A stretch of DNA of 58,027 nt, taken from positions 1 to 58,027 of IMG/VR virus record IMGVR_UViG_3300033168_000202. One strand, written 5' to 3'. The stretch's first letter is position 1. The number at the start of each line of letters is the position of its first letter. Of the stretch, positions 18,909-27,510 are shown one piece after another. Source of the DNA: a virus (taxonomy: Duplodnaviria; Caudoviricetes). Below the pieces are notes generated by a model. That model saw only the letters and a program-made list of their open reading frames with translations. It was not told the DNA's origin and searched no databases. Made by a program: the position numbers and the translations under genes.

Positions 18909-19417
18909 CGCACCCAGCCGGGACCGTCTTCGTCGAGCGCTCCAACGGGTTCGTCGGGGCCGGCATCCGGCTGCTTACTCGTAGTCGCGTGAACCACGCC
19001 GGGATCGCCCTCGGCGACGGCCGGACCATCGAAGCACAAGCCGACGGTGCCGTCATGGGCTGGGAGTCGAACGGGCCCGGTGTCATCTGGGGCGACGGCC
19101 TGTACCGCGCTGTCGAAGCCCAACGGCCCGGTGCCGGCGCCGACATTGCCGCACGGGCCCGCTACCTGCTCGGCACCCCCTACGGCTACACCGACATCCT
19201 CGCCCTCGCCCTCGCTGACATGGGGGTCCGCTGGCACTGGCTCGAGCGCAAGGTCGACGACCAGCATGCGATGGTCTGCTCCCAGCTGGCCGACGCTGCA
19301 TGCCTGGGCGCCGGGGTACATCTGTTCGCCGACGGTCGGATGCCGAGCCGGGTCGACCCCGGCGACTTGGAATGGCTGTGCGCCGACGAGGGCCGCGGGG
19401 TCGTTGTCGAACAGTGA
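18905..19417 (+). CDS. Permuted papain-like (YiiX/YaeF, NlpC/P60) enzyme
   Basis: NHAGI..TIEA, GTPYGY, CSQL with His before Cys. Confidence 0.82.
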   Translation: MTHPAGTVFVERSNGFVGAGIRLLTRSRVNHAGIALGDGRTIEAQADGAVMGWESNGPGVIWGDGLYRAVEAQRPGAGADIAARARYLLGTPYGYTDILALALADMGVRWHWLERKVDDQHAMVCSQLADAACLGAGVHLFADGRMPSRVDPGDLEWLCADEGRGVVVEQ

Positions 19418-20268
19418 GCAGCCCGGTCGTCAACACGCTGATCTTGCTTGCTATGTGCCTCGCTTGCTGGGCCGTCCTGCTGCCGTCCCTCCCCCTGCTG
19501 GCTGTGCGTCGAGTGCCGACGAAGCTGATAACCGGGCGAACGCTTCTCGACGTTCCCCTCGACGAGCTCGCCACCATGGCGGCTGCCGCCCATCCCGGGG
19601 TGTGGGCCGAAACCGCCCTCGGCTACAGCAACGCGGCGTTCCACTGGGAGTGGTACGACCTGCTCCTAGCCGAACAGCGCCTCGCCCTCGTCGCCCCCCG
19701 CGACCACGCCAAGAGCAGCTGCGTAACGGTGAACTACTCGACGTGGCGGATGGTCCACACCCCCGGCTTCCAGGTCTACGTCTTCGCCGCCACCGCCGAG
19801 CTCGCCGCCAAGCTACTGAAACGGGTCCGGGACACGGTGGAGCAGGCAGCACCCGACCTGCTCGGCGCCGACGTCGACAACGCGACGGAACTGTGGCTGA
19901 CGAACGGCTCGAGGGTGTCGTGTGCCGGCACCGGGAAGAGCATCCGCGGCGCCCACCCTGACCTGATTGTCGGTGACGACGTGCTGGACGAGGATTCGTC
20001 GCTGACCGCGTTGCAGCGTAAGCGGGTGGAGCGCTGGTGGTTTGGGTCGGTGTCGGGGATGGCGCATCCGGGGACTGAGCGGATCGTCGGCGGGCAGCGG
20101 TTTTGGTTCCGGCCGACGCAGATCGTGATTGTCGGAACGCCGTTTCACTCAAGTGATCTTCTGTCGGGCATGCGGGACAACCCGCTTTACGCGTTCTACC
20201 GCTTCGCCGCAGAGTTCGACCCGCTGGCCCTGCCCCGCGCGGGGAGCCTCGCCGTCGAGATCGCCTAG
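19414..20268 (+). CDS. terL: Terminase large subunit, ATPase domain only
   Basis: APRDHAKS Walker A, IRGAHPDLIVGDD Walker B, IVGTPFHSSDL coupling motif, then stop. Confidence 0.9.
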   Translation: MSSPVVNTLILLAMCLACWAVLLPSLPLLAVRRVPTKLITGRTLLDVPLDELATMAAAAHPGVWAETALGYSNAAFHWEWYDLLLAEQRLALVAPRDHAKSSCVTVNYSTWRMVHTPGFQVYVFAATAELAAKLLKRVRDTVEQAAPDLLGADVDNATELWLTNGSRVSCAGTGKSIRGAHPDLIVGDDVLDEDSSLTALQRKRVERWWFGSVSGMAHPGTERIVGGQRFWFRPTQIVIVGTPFHSSDLLSGMRDNPLYAFYRFAAEFDPLALPRAGSLAVEIA

Positions 20269-20306
20269 CACGGCCTGCGGGCCGCCGAACGAGAGTTGAG
20301 CAAGCT

Positions 20307-20546
20307 ATGAGCACGTGCCGCACATGTAGCCACTGGTCGGATTGGCCGCATGACGACATCCGGCCGGACCAGTACGGCATCTGCTTCAACGTCGACGGCA
20401 TGCCACCCGATGACGCACAGCCTGCGGTTTACATCGAGGCCGACTTCGGCTGCCGTCTGATGACGCTGCAGTCGTTCGCCTGTTCGTCGTGGAAGGCGGC
20501 GGAAAGGAGCTCGGAATCGTGGCGCGACAATGGCGCCGGCGCCTGA
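20307..20546 (+). CDS. Small Cys-rich hypothetical protein
   Basis: CRTCSHW..GIC..FACSSW. Confidence 0.55.
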   Translation: MSTCRTCSHWSDWPHDDIRPDQYGICFNVDGMPPDDAQPAVYIEADFGCRLMTLQSFACSSWKAAERSSESWRDNGAGA

Positions 20547-20614
20547 CCGTCCGTTAGGGGTACGTCGGCGGCCTGCTCGACCTCAACCCCGCCGACGACC
20601 GTCATGCGATCCAA

Positions 20615-21028
20615 ATGGCGATGCGCCGCGCCGCGAAAGAGTACGAGGAGGTCGAGAAGCGCGCCGTCGAGTCTGTCCCGAACGTCGGCTACCGCATCGT
20701 CCGGGCCGACGAGCACTTGCGACTTGCCCGCACGCAGCAGAAGCGTGCCGGCAAGTCGCTAGCGCGAGGACACTCGAAGGTTGTCAACGTCGACTTCAAC
20801 GAGATAGACCCCGAAACCCGCAAAGCGTTTGAGGTCGTGGCCCGCGCGTTCTCGATGCAGATGGACTTCAACAAGCGGTTCGACACTCGGCAGCGCCGAC
20901 TTGAGGAGGTAGTGGAGTCCGTCAGCCAGCGTTCCGAGCGGACAGAGGCGGAGCTGGATGCACTGCGGCAGCGGCTTGCTCGCCTCGAAGGCGGGGAGCC
21001 GCCGGCTGATGATTCGGAGGAGCAGTAA
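20615..21028 (+). CDS. Coiled-coil hypothetical protein, possibly 5'-truncated
   Basis: Coding-like frame continues upstream to a TAG at about 20556. Confidence 0.6.
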   Translation: MAMRRAAKEYEEVEKRAVESVPNVGYRIVRADEHLRLARTQQKRAGKSLARGHSKVVNVDFNEIDPETRKAFEVVARAFSMQMDFNKRFDTRQRRLEEVVESVSQRSERTEAELDALRQRLARLEGGEPPADDSEEQ

Positions 21029-21241
21029 TGCATTCGCTGGTCAAGATCGAGAAGGAGCGCTGATGGAAGCCGACGGAATCCTCTCCACTAGAAGCGAGTA
21101 CAGGTGGAACTGTGGCGATCCGCACTGCCACAACCCAATCGCGTCAAGTGGCCGATCGGCTCAGATGGCGGCGATGGAAGCCGGCTGTAGAGGCTTGAGT
21201 TGCATGGGGCCGCCGCCGCTCAACCATTCGGAGGGGCAGTA

Positions 21242-21439
21242 GTGGACGAGGACGAGGTGAGGGCATTGCCCCTGCTCGTCCCGTTCATGCGCGCAGCGGA
21301 CGCTCTTGGGATCAGCCACACGATGGCCGAGGACCTGATCCGCAGCCCTCAGGGCTTCCCGGTTGAGGTGCTGCGAATCGGGCGACTCCGGAAGGTGCGC
21401 AAGGTCGACCTGCTGCGGTATCTAGGGATCGAGCCCTAG
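21242..21439 (+). CDS. Excisionase-like HTH DNA-binding protein
   Basis: AADALGISHTMAEDLIR..FPVEVLRIGRLRKV. Confidence 0.75.
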   Translation: MDEDEVRALPLLVPFMRAADALGISHTMAEDLIRSPQGFPVEVLRIGRLRKVRKVDLLRYLGIEP

Positions 21440-21630
21440 CTCCAGACGACGGCGACCAGGACGAAGGCGAGCAGGAAGCACCCGGTGAGGATCAGGTCCG
21501 CGGCCCGTGCAACCGCAGGACTCCCGCTGCGCCGGCCGATGCGTCGTGACAGGCCGATCCCGACGTGCGGCCCGTACCTGCCGACCGACACCCACGAGAA
21601 CAACCTCACGACTCGTCCCAGGTCTGGCAC
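21436..21630 (-). CDS. Small membrane protein (moron)
   Basis: C-terminal hydrophobic helix; start uncertain. Confidence 0.45.
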   Translation of the reverse strand: MPDLGRVVRLFSWVSVGRYGPHVGIGLSRRIGRRSGSPAVARAADLILTGCFLLAFVLVAVVWS

Positions 21631-21821
21631 GAGTTGATGGTGAGCATCTGGCCGTTGCTGAGGACGTGGAAGTGGTCACCAAAGTCCAGCACCGCGGCGC
21701 AACCGGCGCTGACGGTGAACCGGTCGAGGTTGGCAACGTCGCCATGCTCGTCCCGGCCGAACCGGACCTGCTGCACACCCTCATCGTCGAGTAGGTGTGC
21801 GAGACGCTGCTCTGCTGCCAC
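21606..21821 (-). CDS. Small hypothetical protein, leaderless (moron)
   Basis: TACGCT-N6-GTG on minus strand; GC3-rich frame. Confidence 0.5.
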   Translation of the reverse strand: MAAEQRLAHLLDDEGVQQVRFGRDEHGDVANLDRFTVSAGCAAVLDFGDHFHVLSNGQMLTINSCQTWDES

Positions 21822-21830
21822 GACCTCAGC

Positions 21831-21884
21831 GTAAGACCCCCACAACCGACATGCCAGCCCCCGCCGCGTCGTTCTGGTGACGCT
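21831..21884 (+). promoter_or_regulatory. Late promoter A
   Basis: GTAAGAC at 21831, GACGCT at 21879, in-frame GTG at 21891. Confidence 0.75.
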
Positions 21885-21890
21885 CGACGG

Positions 21891-22100
21891 GTGGCGCACA
21901 TGGCGGACGTGACCCTGCACGCCCAGGCATACCAGGACCTGCTCGACAGCCTCCGCGAAGCGTCCGACAAGCTCGCCACAGTCGACGCCGCCGCGCAGGC
22001 CATGTCCGACGTCCCCGTGTCTCACAGTCCGCCGCGGATGGCTGTCGACCGCGCACTGTGGATCGCCCGCCGCGCCGGTGGCATCCGGGTCGAACCATGA
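21891..22100 (+). CDS. Hypothetical protein, leaderless from promoter A
   Basis: GTG 6 nt after -10; coupled via 22097-22186 mini-ORF to terL nuclease gene. Confidence 0.6.
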   Translation: MAHMADVTLHAQAYQDLLDSLREASDKLATVDAAAQAMSDVPVSHSPPRMAVDRALWIARRAGGIRVEP

Positions 22101-22182
22101 CCCGCCGCTGCGACCATGGCGACGCCCAGCCCGTCGGTGACCAGACGATGGTCTGCCCCGACTGTGGCGAGCGGTGGCGCCG

Positions 22183-23115
22183 ATGACCAAGGCGCCGGCA
22201 CGTTCCCACGTGAACACGAGAAATTCGCTCTGGTCTAGTCGCTGGCCGGCGATCGCCCACCGCGTCCTACCTGACGGCCGGACGTGCATCGAGACGGTGG
22301 AGTCCGCCCCGCCCACCGAGCAGGCCGACACCAAGATGCGTCTCCCATGCGGGACATGCCCCAAGAACACCGCCTGCCTCAACGCCCGCGCGAAGGAACT
22401 CGGCACCCTGCTCTACGGCCGGGAGCTGCTCACCATGCCCCGCACCTCCGAATCGTCCCTGTTCCCCGCCGAACTGTTCGCCCCCCTGCTCGACCCGGAA
22501 GCGACCTGCGTCCCCTACTACCTGAAGCCGTTCCTGGACGAGCATCACTACGCCGTCGCCACAGCCTGGGACCTGGCGTTCTCGGAGAAGACCGGCGGCG
22601 ACTGGCTCGCCAAAGTCACCGGCATCATCGACCGGCGGACCGGGCTGCGGCAGGTCATCGACGTGTGCCGCTGGCAGCAGATCAGCTTCGACGACCAGAT
22701 CGCCCTCATCCAAGCCGAGCACGCCCTGTTCCGCGACGACATGGTCATCATCGAGTCCGACGCTGCCCAGCAGGTCTGGACACAGCACCTACGGGCCAAC
22801 AGCCCCGTCCCCGTCGTCGAGCATTCCGCCCGGGGGAAGAAGGACTTCGCCTCCGGGGTGCCCGGGCTGCTGGTCCAGCTCGAGCAGGGGATGTGGCGGT
22901 TCCCCTACCAGCGGGGGTCGCATCACCATGAGCATGTCCGCGAGCTGCTGAACGAGGCTGAAGCGTTCGGCTGGGTCGACGGCAAGCTGATGGGCGTCGG
23001 CGAGCACGACGATTGCGTTATGGCGCTTTGGCACTGCTCCTGGGGCTTGGAGCGCCTTTCTAGTGTGCCAATGCGCTCATCCAGACGCGGCGTTGTACCC
23101 GGGGCGAGACAGTAA
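22183..23115 (+). CDS. terL: Terminase large subunit, nuclease domain only
   Basis: LWSSRWP linker motif, AWDLA, IIESDAAQ, EHDDCVMALW RNase H-like acidic motifs. Confidence 0.88.
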   Translation: MTKAPARSHVNTRNSLWSSRWPAIAHRVLPDGRTCIETVESAPPTEQADTKMRLPCGTCPKNTACLNARAKELGTLLYGRELLTMPRTSESSLFPAELFAPLLDPEATCVPYYLKPFLDEHHYAVATAWDLAFSEKTGGDWLAKVTGIIDRRTGLRQVIDVCRWQQISFDDQIALIQAEHALFRDDMVIIESDAAQQVWTQHLRANSPVPVVEHSARGKKDFASGVPGLLVQLEQGMWRFPYQRGSHHHEHVRELLNEAEAFGWVDGKLMGVGEHDDCVMALWHCSWGLERLSSVPMRSSRRGVVPGARQ

Positions 23116-23705
23116 TGCAGGTATTATCAGTTGTGGCCGCGTGCAATGTAGATGACTGCTCGATGGCGAGTAGAAGTAGGGGCTTGTGCCCAAAGCACTA
23201 CCGCCGCTGGTGGAAAAGCGGAATCGTAGGACCCGCGGGTGACTTGCGACGAATGAAGGCGCGGCCCTGGCAGGAACGGTTCTGGCGATTCGTCTCTAAG
23301 CCCGATGGGGACAATGGCTGCTGGGAATGGGTCGGCGGCAAGTCTCCCGGTGGCTACGGAGCCTTCAATGTGGCTGAAGGCCAGCTGCGCCCGGCGCACC
23401 GCGTCAGCTACGAGCTGCTGGTCGGCCCGATCCCCGACGGCCTTCACATCGATCACTTGTGTCGCAATCGGCCGTGCGTAAACCCGGCTCACTTGGAGCC
23501 GGTCACCCCGGCGGAGAATATGCGTCGGGGTGAAGGCTGGTCTGGTAGGCATTTCAAGCAGACGCACTGCTTGAGGGGCCACGAGCTCACCCCGGAGAAC
23601 ATCTACAACGCGCCGAAGAAGGCCGACCATCACCGAGAGTGCAAGACGTGTCGCCGAAACGCTCAGCGTCGAGCCGCTGAGCGCAAGCGTGCGGTCGCAG
23701 CGTGA
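23115..23705 (+). CDS. HNH endonuclease
   Basis: ERFW, CWEW, IDHLCRNRPCVNPAHLEPVT, THCLRGH. Confidence 0.93.
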   Translation: MQVLSVVAACNVDDCSMASRSRGLCPKHYRRWWKSGIVGPAGDLRRMKARPWQERFWRFVSKPDGDNGCWEWVGGKSPGGYGAFNVAEGQLRPAHRVSYELLVGPIPDGLHIDHLCRNRPCVNPAHLEPVTPAENMRRGEGWSGRHFKQTHCLRGHELTPENIYNAPKKADHHRECKTCRRNAQRRAAERKRAVAA

Positions 23706-24259
23706 AGACCCTCATGTCCGCTCGCAGCATCCAGGCGCAGTGGCGCGACTACCTGGACACCTGCTCGACGTACGGCACCTATGCGGACCGCGTCCACGAG
23801 TACCGGCCGGTCGGGTCGGCCATGCGCCACCTCGGCCTCGCAGACGGCGACCTGGTTGTCGACGTCGGTGCGGGGGACTGCGGCCTCGACCGCTGGCTAC
23901 GCACCGAAGGCGGCTGGCACGGCCAGTACCTCCCTGTCGACGGCGCGATCCAAGGCGTCGACCTCAACGACTGGGGCCCGAGCCTGCCCGCCGACCTGCA
24001 CGTCGCCGTCGAAGTCGTCGAGCATGTGGCCGACCCGTGGGGGCTGATGGGCGCCATGCAAGCCCAATCCCGCCGCGGGGTCGTCGTCACCACACCCAAC
24101 GCCGATGTCGTCGACGTCCTCGCCGTCGACCCCACCCACGTGTCGGCGCTGCGGCCGGCGGACTTCACCGACCGGGGGTGGACGGTGGACCTGCTGACCC
24201 TCAACGGCCGCGGTGGCGGCGACACGATCCTCGCCAGCATCCCGGGGGGCGCCCGATGA
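23702..24259 (+). CDS. Class I SAM-dependent methyltransferase (non-DNA type)
   Basis: VVDVGAG, EVVEHVADP, VTTPN. Confidence 0.85.
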   Translation: MKTLMSARSIQAQWRDYLDTCSTYGTYADRVHEYRPVGSAMRHLGLADGDLVVDVGAGDCGLDRWLRTEGGWHGQYLPVDGAIQGVDLNDWGPSLPADLHVAVEVVEHVADPWGLMGAMQAQSRRGVVVTTPNADVVDVLAVDPTHVSALRPADFTDRGWTVDLLTLNGRGGGDTILASIPGGAR

Positions 24260-24449
24260 TCCGCCTGCTGCTTCGCAGCGCCGCCGTCCGCGGCGCCCAC
24301 ATGCTCGTTACCGACGACGAACTGCTCCGCTTCCGGGCATGGACGCTGCGGACCGCCGCCGCTCAGGCGCTCACCCGGGCGCACGCCGCCGGCTACCGGG
24401 CGGGCTACCGCGCCGGCGTCGACGCCGCACTCGACCGGAAGGCTCCCTG

Positions 24450-26183
24450 ATGCCGCTGATGCCCGTCCTCGTCGACGGGAAGATCAGACTCCAGAACCTG
24501 CCCCTCGACTCCGGTGCCTACGAGCAGCAGTGCGTCACCGAAGAGTCCCGCCGCACCCGTGACGTGTACCTGCGCCGTCTCTACTTCGCCGGCCAGCAGT
24601 ACGAACGCCGCAACTGGGAGGCGTTCCGCGCGCTCAACCTCAACCAGGACTGGCAGACCCTCCCCGAACATGACCGGCTCCACGCCTACGCCACACAGAT
24701 CAGCGAATGCGTCGAGTTCATCACCGACCAGCTCGCCGAAGGGTTCAACGTCACCGCCACCGACCCGACCGTCGGGGAGGTACTCGCCGGGGTGATCGCC
24801 GCGACCGACACCCTGTCGGGGGACGCGTTCGACGACATGGACGGCCCCGACGCCTCCGATGAGGCCGCTGCGGGCGATGGGGAGGACACGACCGATCCGA
24901 ACATCACCATCGACGAGGTGCTGCGGGACAGCCTGATCGCCGGGGACGTCGCCGCCGAAGTCCTGTGGGACCCGATCGAAGGGACCTGCTACCTGGAGTT
25001 CTGGGAGTCGGAGAAGGTCGAGGTCCGGTTCGCGTCACGTACCCGCGTCGAGGCGGTGATCCGTGAGGAGCTCCGCTGGGTTGTTGACGAACGCTCCGTT
25101 GATTCCAGCCGCAAGCAGGTCGTCGAACGGGTCGTGTACACCGTCGAGGTTCATCCCGACCACGGCCATCCCGAGTGCTGCAAGCAGACGTACTGGGACA
25201 CGGAGGAGGCGCCGGTCCGGGTCGAGTGGCTCGGCTTCCCGGTGCTGCCGTGGGCGCTGCTGCGGGCCGACTCGCGCCGGCTGCGCGGTACCCGCGGTGA
25301 AAGCCTGATCACGATGCAGGCGATGGAGACGGCGATGCGTTACGACGCTGTCGAGCAGCTGTCGTGGCTGATCGCCCGGTACAACTCGCACGGCAACCTG
25401 GCTGTCGTCGGGGACCAGGCGATGCTGAAGGTCGAGAACGACCCGCGAGTAGCGAAGGACGTCGCCGATGTGCTGACGTTCCCCGGCGGCACGAACCTGA
25501 CGTCGATCCAGCTCCCGACCGACCCGCGGATGATCGAGCACCAGAAGGAGGTGCTGGCCGCGCACCTCTACGCCATCTTCGGGTTGGTGCAGCTCGACAC
25601 CGCCAGCCTGCACGGCATGGGCCGCATCTCCGGCTACGCGCTTGAAATCCTCAACCGGAAGACTTCGGGCACGTTCCGGCGCATCCGCCGCAACTTCATC
25701 TCCGACATCCGGGCCCTGTTCAACCTCACCCTGGACGTCACCGCCTACCGGCAGGGCGCCGCAGCCCCCGGCTTCGACACCCCGCTCGAGGAACTCACCG
25801 GCGTCGACCTCATCTCCGACGAGGTGCTGCTCCCCGAAGGGGCGGTGCCGGACGTGCCGTTCTGGGACATTGACCCGGGGGAGGTGTTCCCCGACCGGCG
25901 GATGCAGATCGAGATGGGCACCGGCTACATCGTCGACGATGTGCTGCTCCGCGACGACTGGGTGGCGCGGGTCATCTCCCGTGAGGAGGTGCTCCGTAAG
26001 CGGGGCTACACGAAGGCGCAGATCGCTCAGATCATCGGCGAGTTGGAGAAGACGCCGGGCGGGATGGTGAGCGAGGATGCGGTGTTCGGCGCGAACACGG
26101 TAAGCCTGCCGACGCCCGCGCACACGCAGGGGACGCAGGCTGGCTCTACGGTGGGTTCGACGATCACGAAGGCCGACAGGTAG
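24450..26183 (+). CDS. Portal protein
   Basis: 577 aa, after terL and before MuF; ISGYALEIL SPP1-like motif. Confidence 0.8.
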   Translation: MPLMPVLVDGKIRLQNLPLDSGAYEQQCVTEESRRTRDVYLRRLYFAGQQYERRNWEAFRALNLNQDWQTLPEHDRLHAYATQISECVEFITDQLAEGFNVTATDPTVGEVLAGVIAATDTLSGDAFDDMDGPDASDEAAAGDGEDTTDPNITIDEVLRDSLIAGDVAAEVLWDPIEGTCYLEFWESEKVEVRFASRTRVEAVIREELRWVVDERSVDSSRKQVVERVVYTVEVHPDHGHPECCKQTYWDTEEAPVRVEWLGFPVLPWALLRADSRRLRGTRGESLITMQAMETAMRYDAVEQLSWLIARYNSHGNLAVVGDQAMLKVENDPRVAKDVADVLTFPGGTNLTSIQLPTDPRMIEHQKEVLAAHLYAIFGLVQLDTASLHGMGRISGYALEILNRKTSGTFRRIRRNFISDIRALFNLTLDVTAYRQGAAAPGFDTPLEELTGVDLISDEVLLPEGAVPDVPFWDIDPGEVFPDRRMQIEMGTGYIVDDVLLRDDWVARVISREEVLRKRGYTKAQIAQIIGELEKTPGGMVSEDAVFGANTVSLPTPAHTQGTQAGSTVGSTITKADR

Positions 26184-26192
26184 GAGAGGCTC

Positions 26193-26687
26193 ATGGCAGG
26201 CTTCCAGGGCGGCGTCTTCGGACGGCCGCTGACCGGTTCCCGCGGCCTACGCGGCTCGCAGGGCACCAACATTCCCGGCAGCCCGGCAGGTGGCCGCACA
26301 GCCCGACGCGCTGAGGGCGGGAACACGTTCCCGAACGTCCGCCGGCCGCTGCAGACCCCTGGGAACCTGCCGGACGCCAAGCCGGGCCGCCGTGACGAGG
26401 GCCCGAACATTCCGGGTGACGACTCGGGCGACACGCTGCCCGATACCGGGCTGGGCCGGGCAGGTCAGGGACCGAATATCCCCGGCACCGATGTGACGGT
26501 GACGACGGTCCCCGGTACCGACAATCCGGCGGGGCTGGACAACCCGGAGGGCTACGGCGTCGTCAACGGGGTGCCGTACGGCAACTCGTCGCTAGCGGCC
26601 AACGCTTCACTCGCGCGGCAGAACCTTCTCCGGCCTGCTGCCTACGCGGCGCTGCGGGCAGCGTCGAAGCGGGCGCTGGGGCACTGA
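26193..26687 (+). CDS. Low-complexity protein with G(P/T)NIPG repeats
   Basis: GGAGAGG RBS; repeats visible. Confidence 0.7.
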   Translation: MAGFQGGVFGRPLTGSRGLRGSQGTNIPGSPAGGRTARRAEGGNTFPNVRRPLQTPGNLPDAKPGRRDEGPNIPGDDSGDTLPDTGLGRAGQGPNIPGTDVTVTTVPGTDNPAGLDNPEGYGVVNGVPYGNSSLAANASLARQNLLRPAAYAALRAASKRALGH

Positions 26688-26793
26688 TGGGCGGGCGTCC
26701 TAATCCGGGCACTAAGGCCGATCGCCGGCTGAAGGAGAACAAGCCGCGGCCGGTCAAGGCGACCCCGCCGCCGAAGCCGCGCACCAAAGGCCG

Positions 26794-27510
26794 GTGACCA
26801 GTAGGGCGGACCTCGCCGTCGCCCAGCGCGCCCTGCACGCCCGCACCGGCCGGCTGTCCGATGAGCTGCTGCCCCGCGAGCACGCCTGCTTCGCCGACAT
26901 CGACGCCCTGTGGACCGCCCGGCAGCCGGCCGTGGTTCGCCTCGCCAGTCAGGTCGCGGCGCGCCATTCCGACCCGGATGTCCTGACCGCAGCCCTCGCA
27001 GCCGACCTGCAGGCCCCGCTCGTCACCCTGACCGTCACCCTTGCCGCCCAGTCCCTCGGCCCGGTCCGTGGGCTGCTCGAGGAAGCGGCGCAGATGGCGG
27101 TCGACGCATCCGGGGACACCCTCGGCATCGTCGCCCGCGTCGACCAGGCGCCCGCCGGCCTCGCAGGGTTGGCAGCAGCGCAGATCGCCGAACTCGCCTA
27201 CGGCACGGTCGACTCGTCCGCCGGGCTGTACACCCAGGCCGCCGCGAGGGCCGCGGGGATCACGCAGGCGCGGCTCGGTGAGCAGATCGGCCTCGGCAGG
27301 ATGTACGGCGACACGGCGGGTAAGCGGATCGCCCGGCTCGCCTCCCCCGCCGACGTGGGCCGCCCGGGCTGCTCGGCCGCTGGCATGTTCTGGCGGACCC
27401 CGAGCATGCTCCACTCGGCGGCCCGGGCGGCGACGATCGGGCTGGTCAACACGCTCCGGGTCGCGGCGATGGCCCAGTACAACGACCTGGAACGCCGAGC
27501 CCTGTCGTGA
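26794..27510 (+). CDS. Helical head-associated protein (possible MuF N-terminal part)
   Basis: Position; Ala-rich helical sequence. Confidence 0.6.
   Translation: MTSRADLAVAQRALHARTGRLSDELLPREHACFADIDALWTARQPAVVRLASQVAARHSDPDVLTAALAADLQAPLVTLTVTLAAQSLGPVRGLLEEAAQMAVDASGDTLGIVARVDQAPAGLAGLAAAQIAELAYGTVDSSAGLYTQAAARAAGITQARLGEQIGLGRMYGDTAGKRIARLASPADVGRPGCSAAGMFWRTPSMLHSAARAATIGLVNTLRVAAMAQYNDLERRALS

Noticed and set aside
21828-21851. PafBC promoter on the minus strand
   Set aside because: TGTCGG to TACGCT spacing is 12, not 10
20269-22182. Intron, intein or excisable element interrupting terL
   Set aside because: No visible splice structure, intein motifs, recombinase or flanking repeats; both halves have their own coupled starts and stops
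23098-24259. Target duplication around the HNH-methyltransferase block (PGARQ vs PGGAR ends)
   Set aside because: Match is short and GC-only, so not distinguishable from chance
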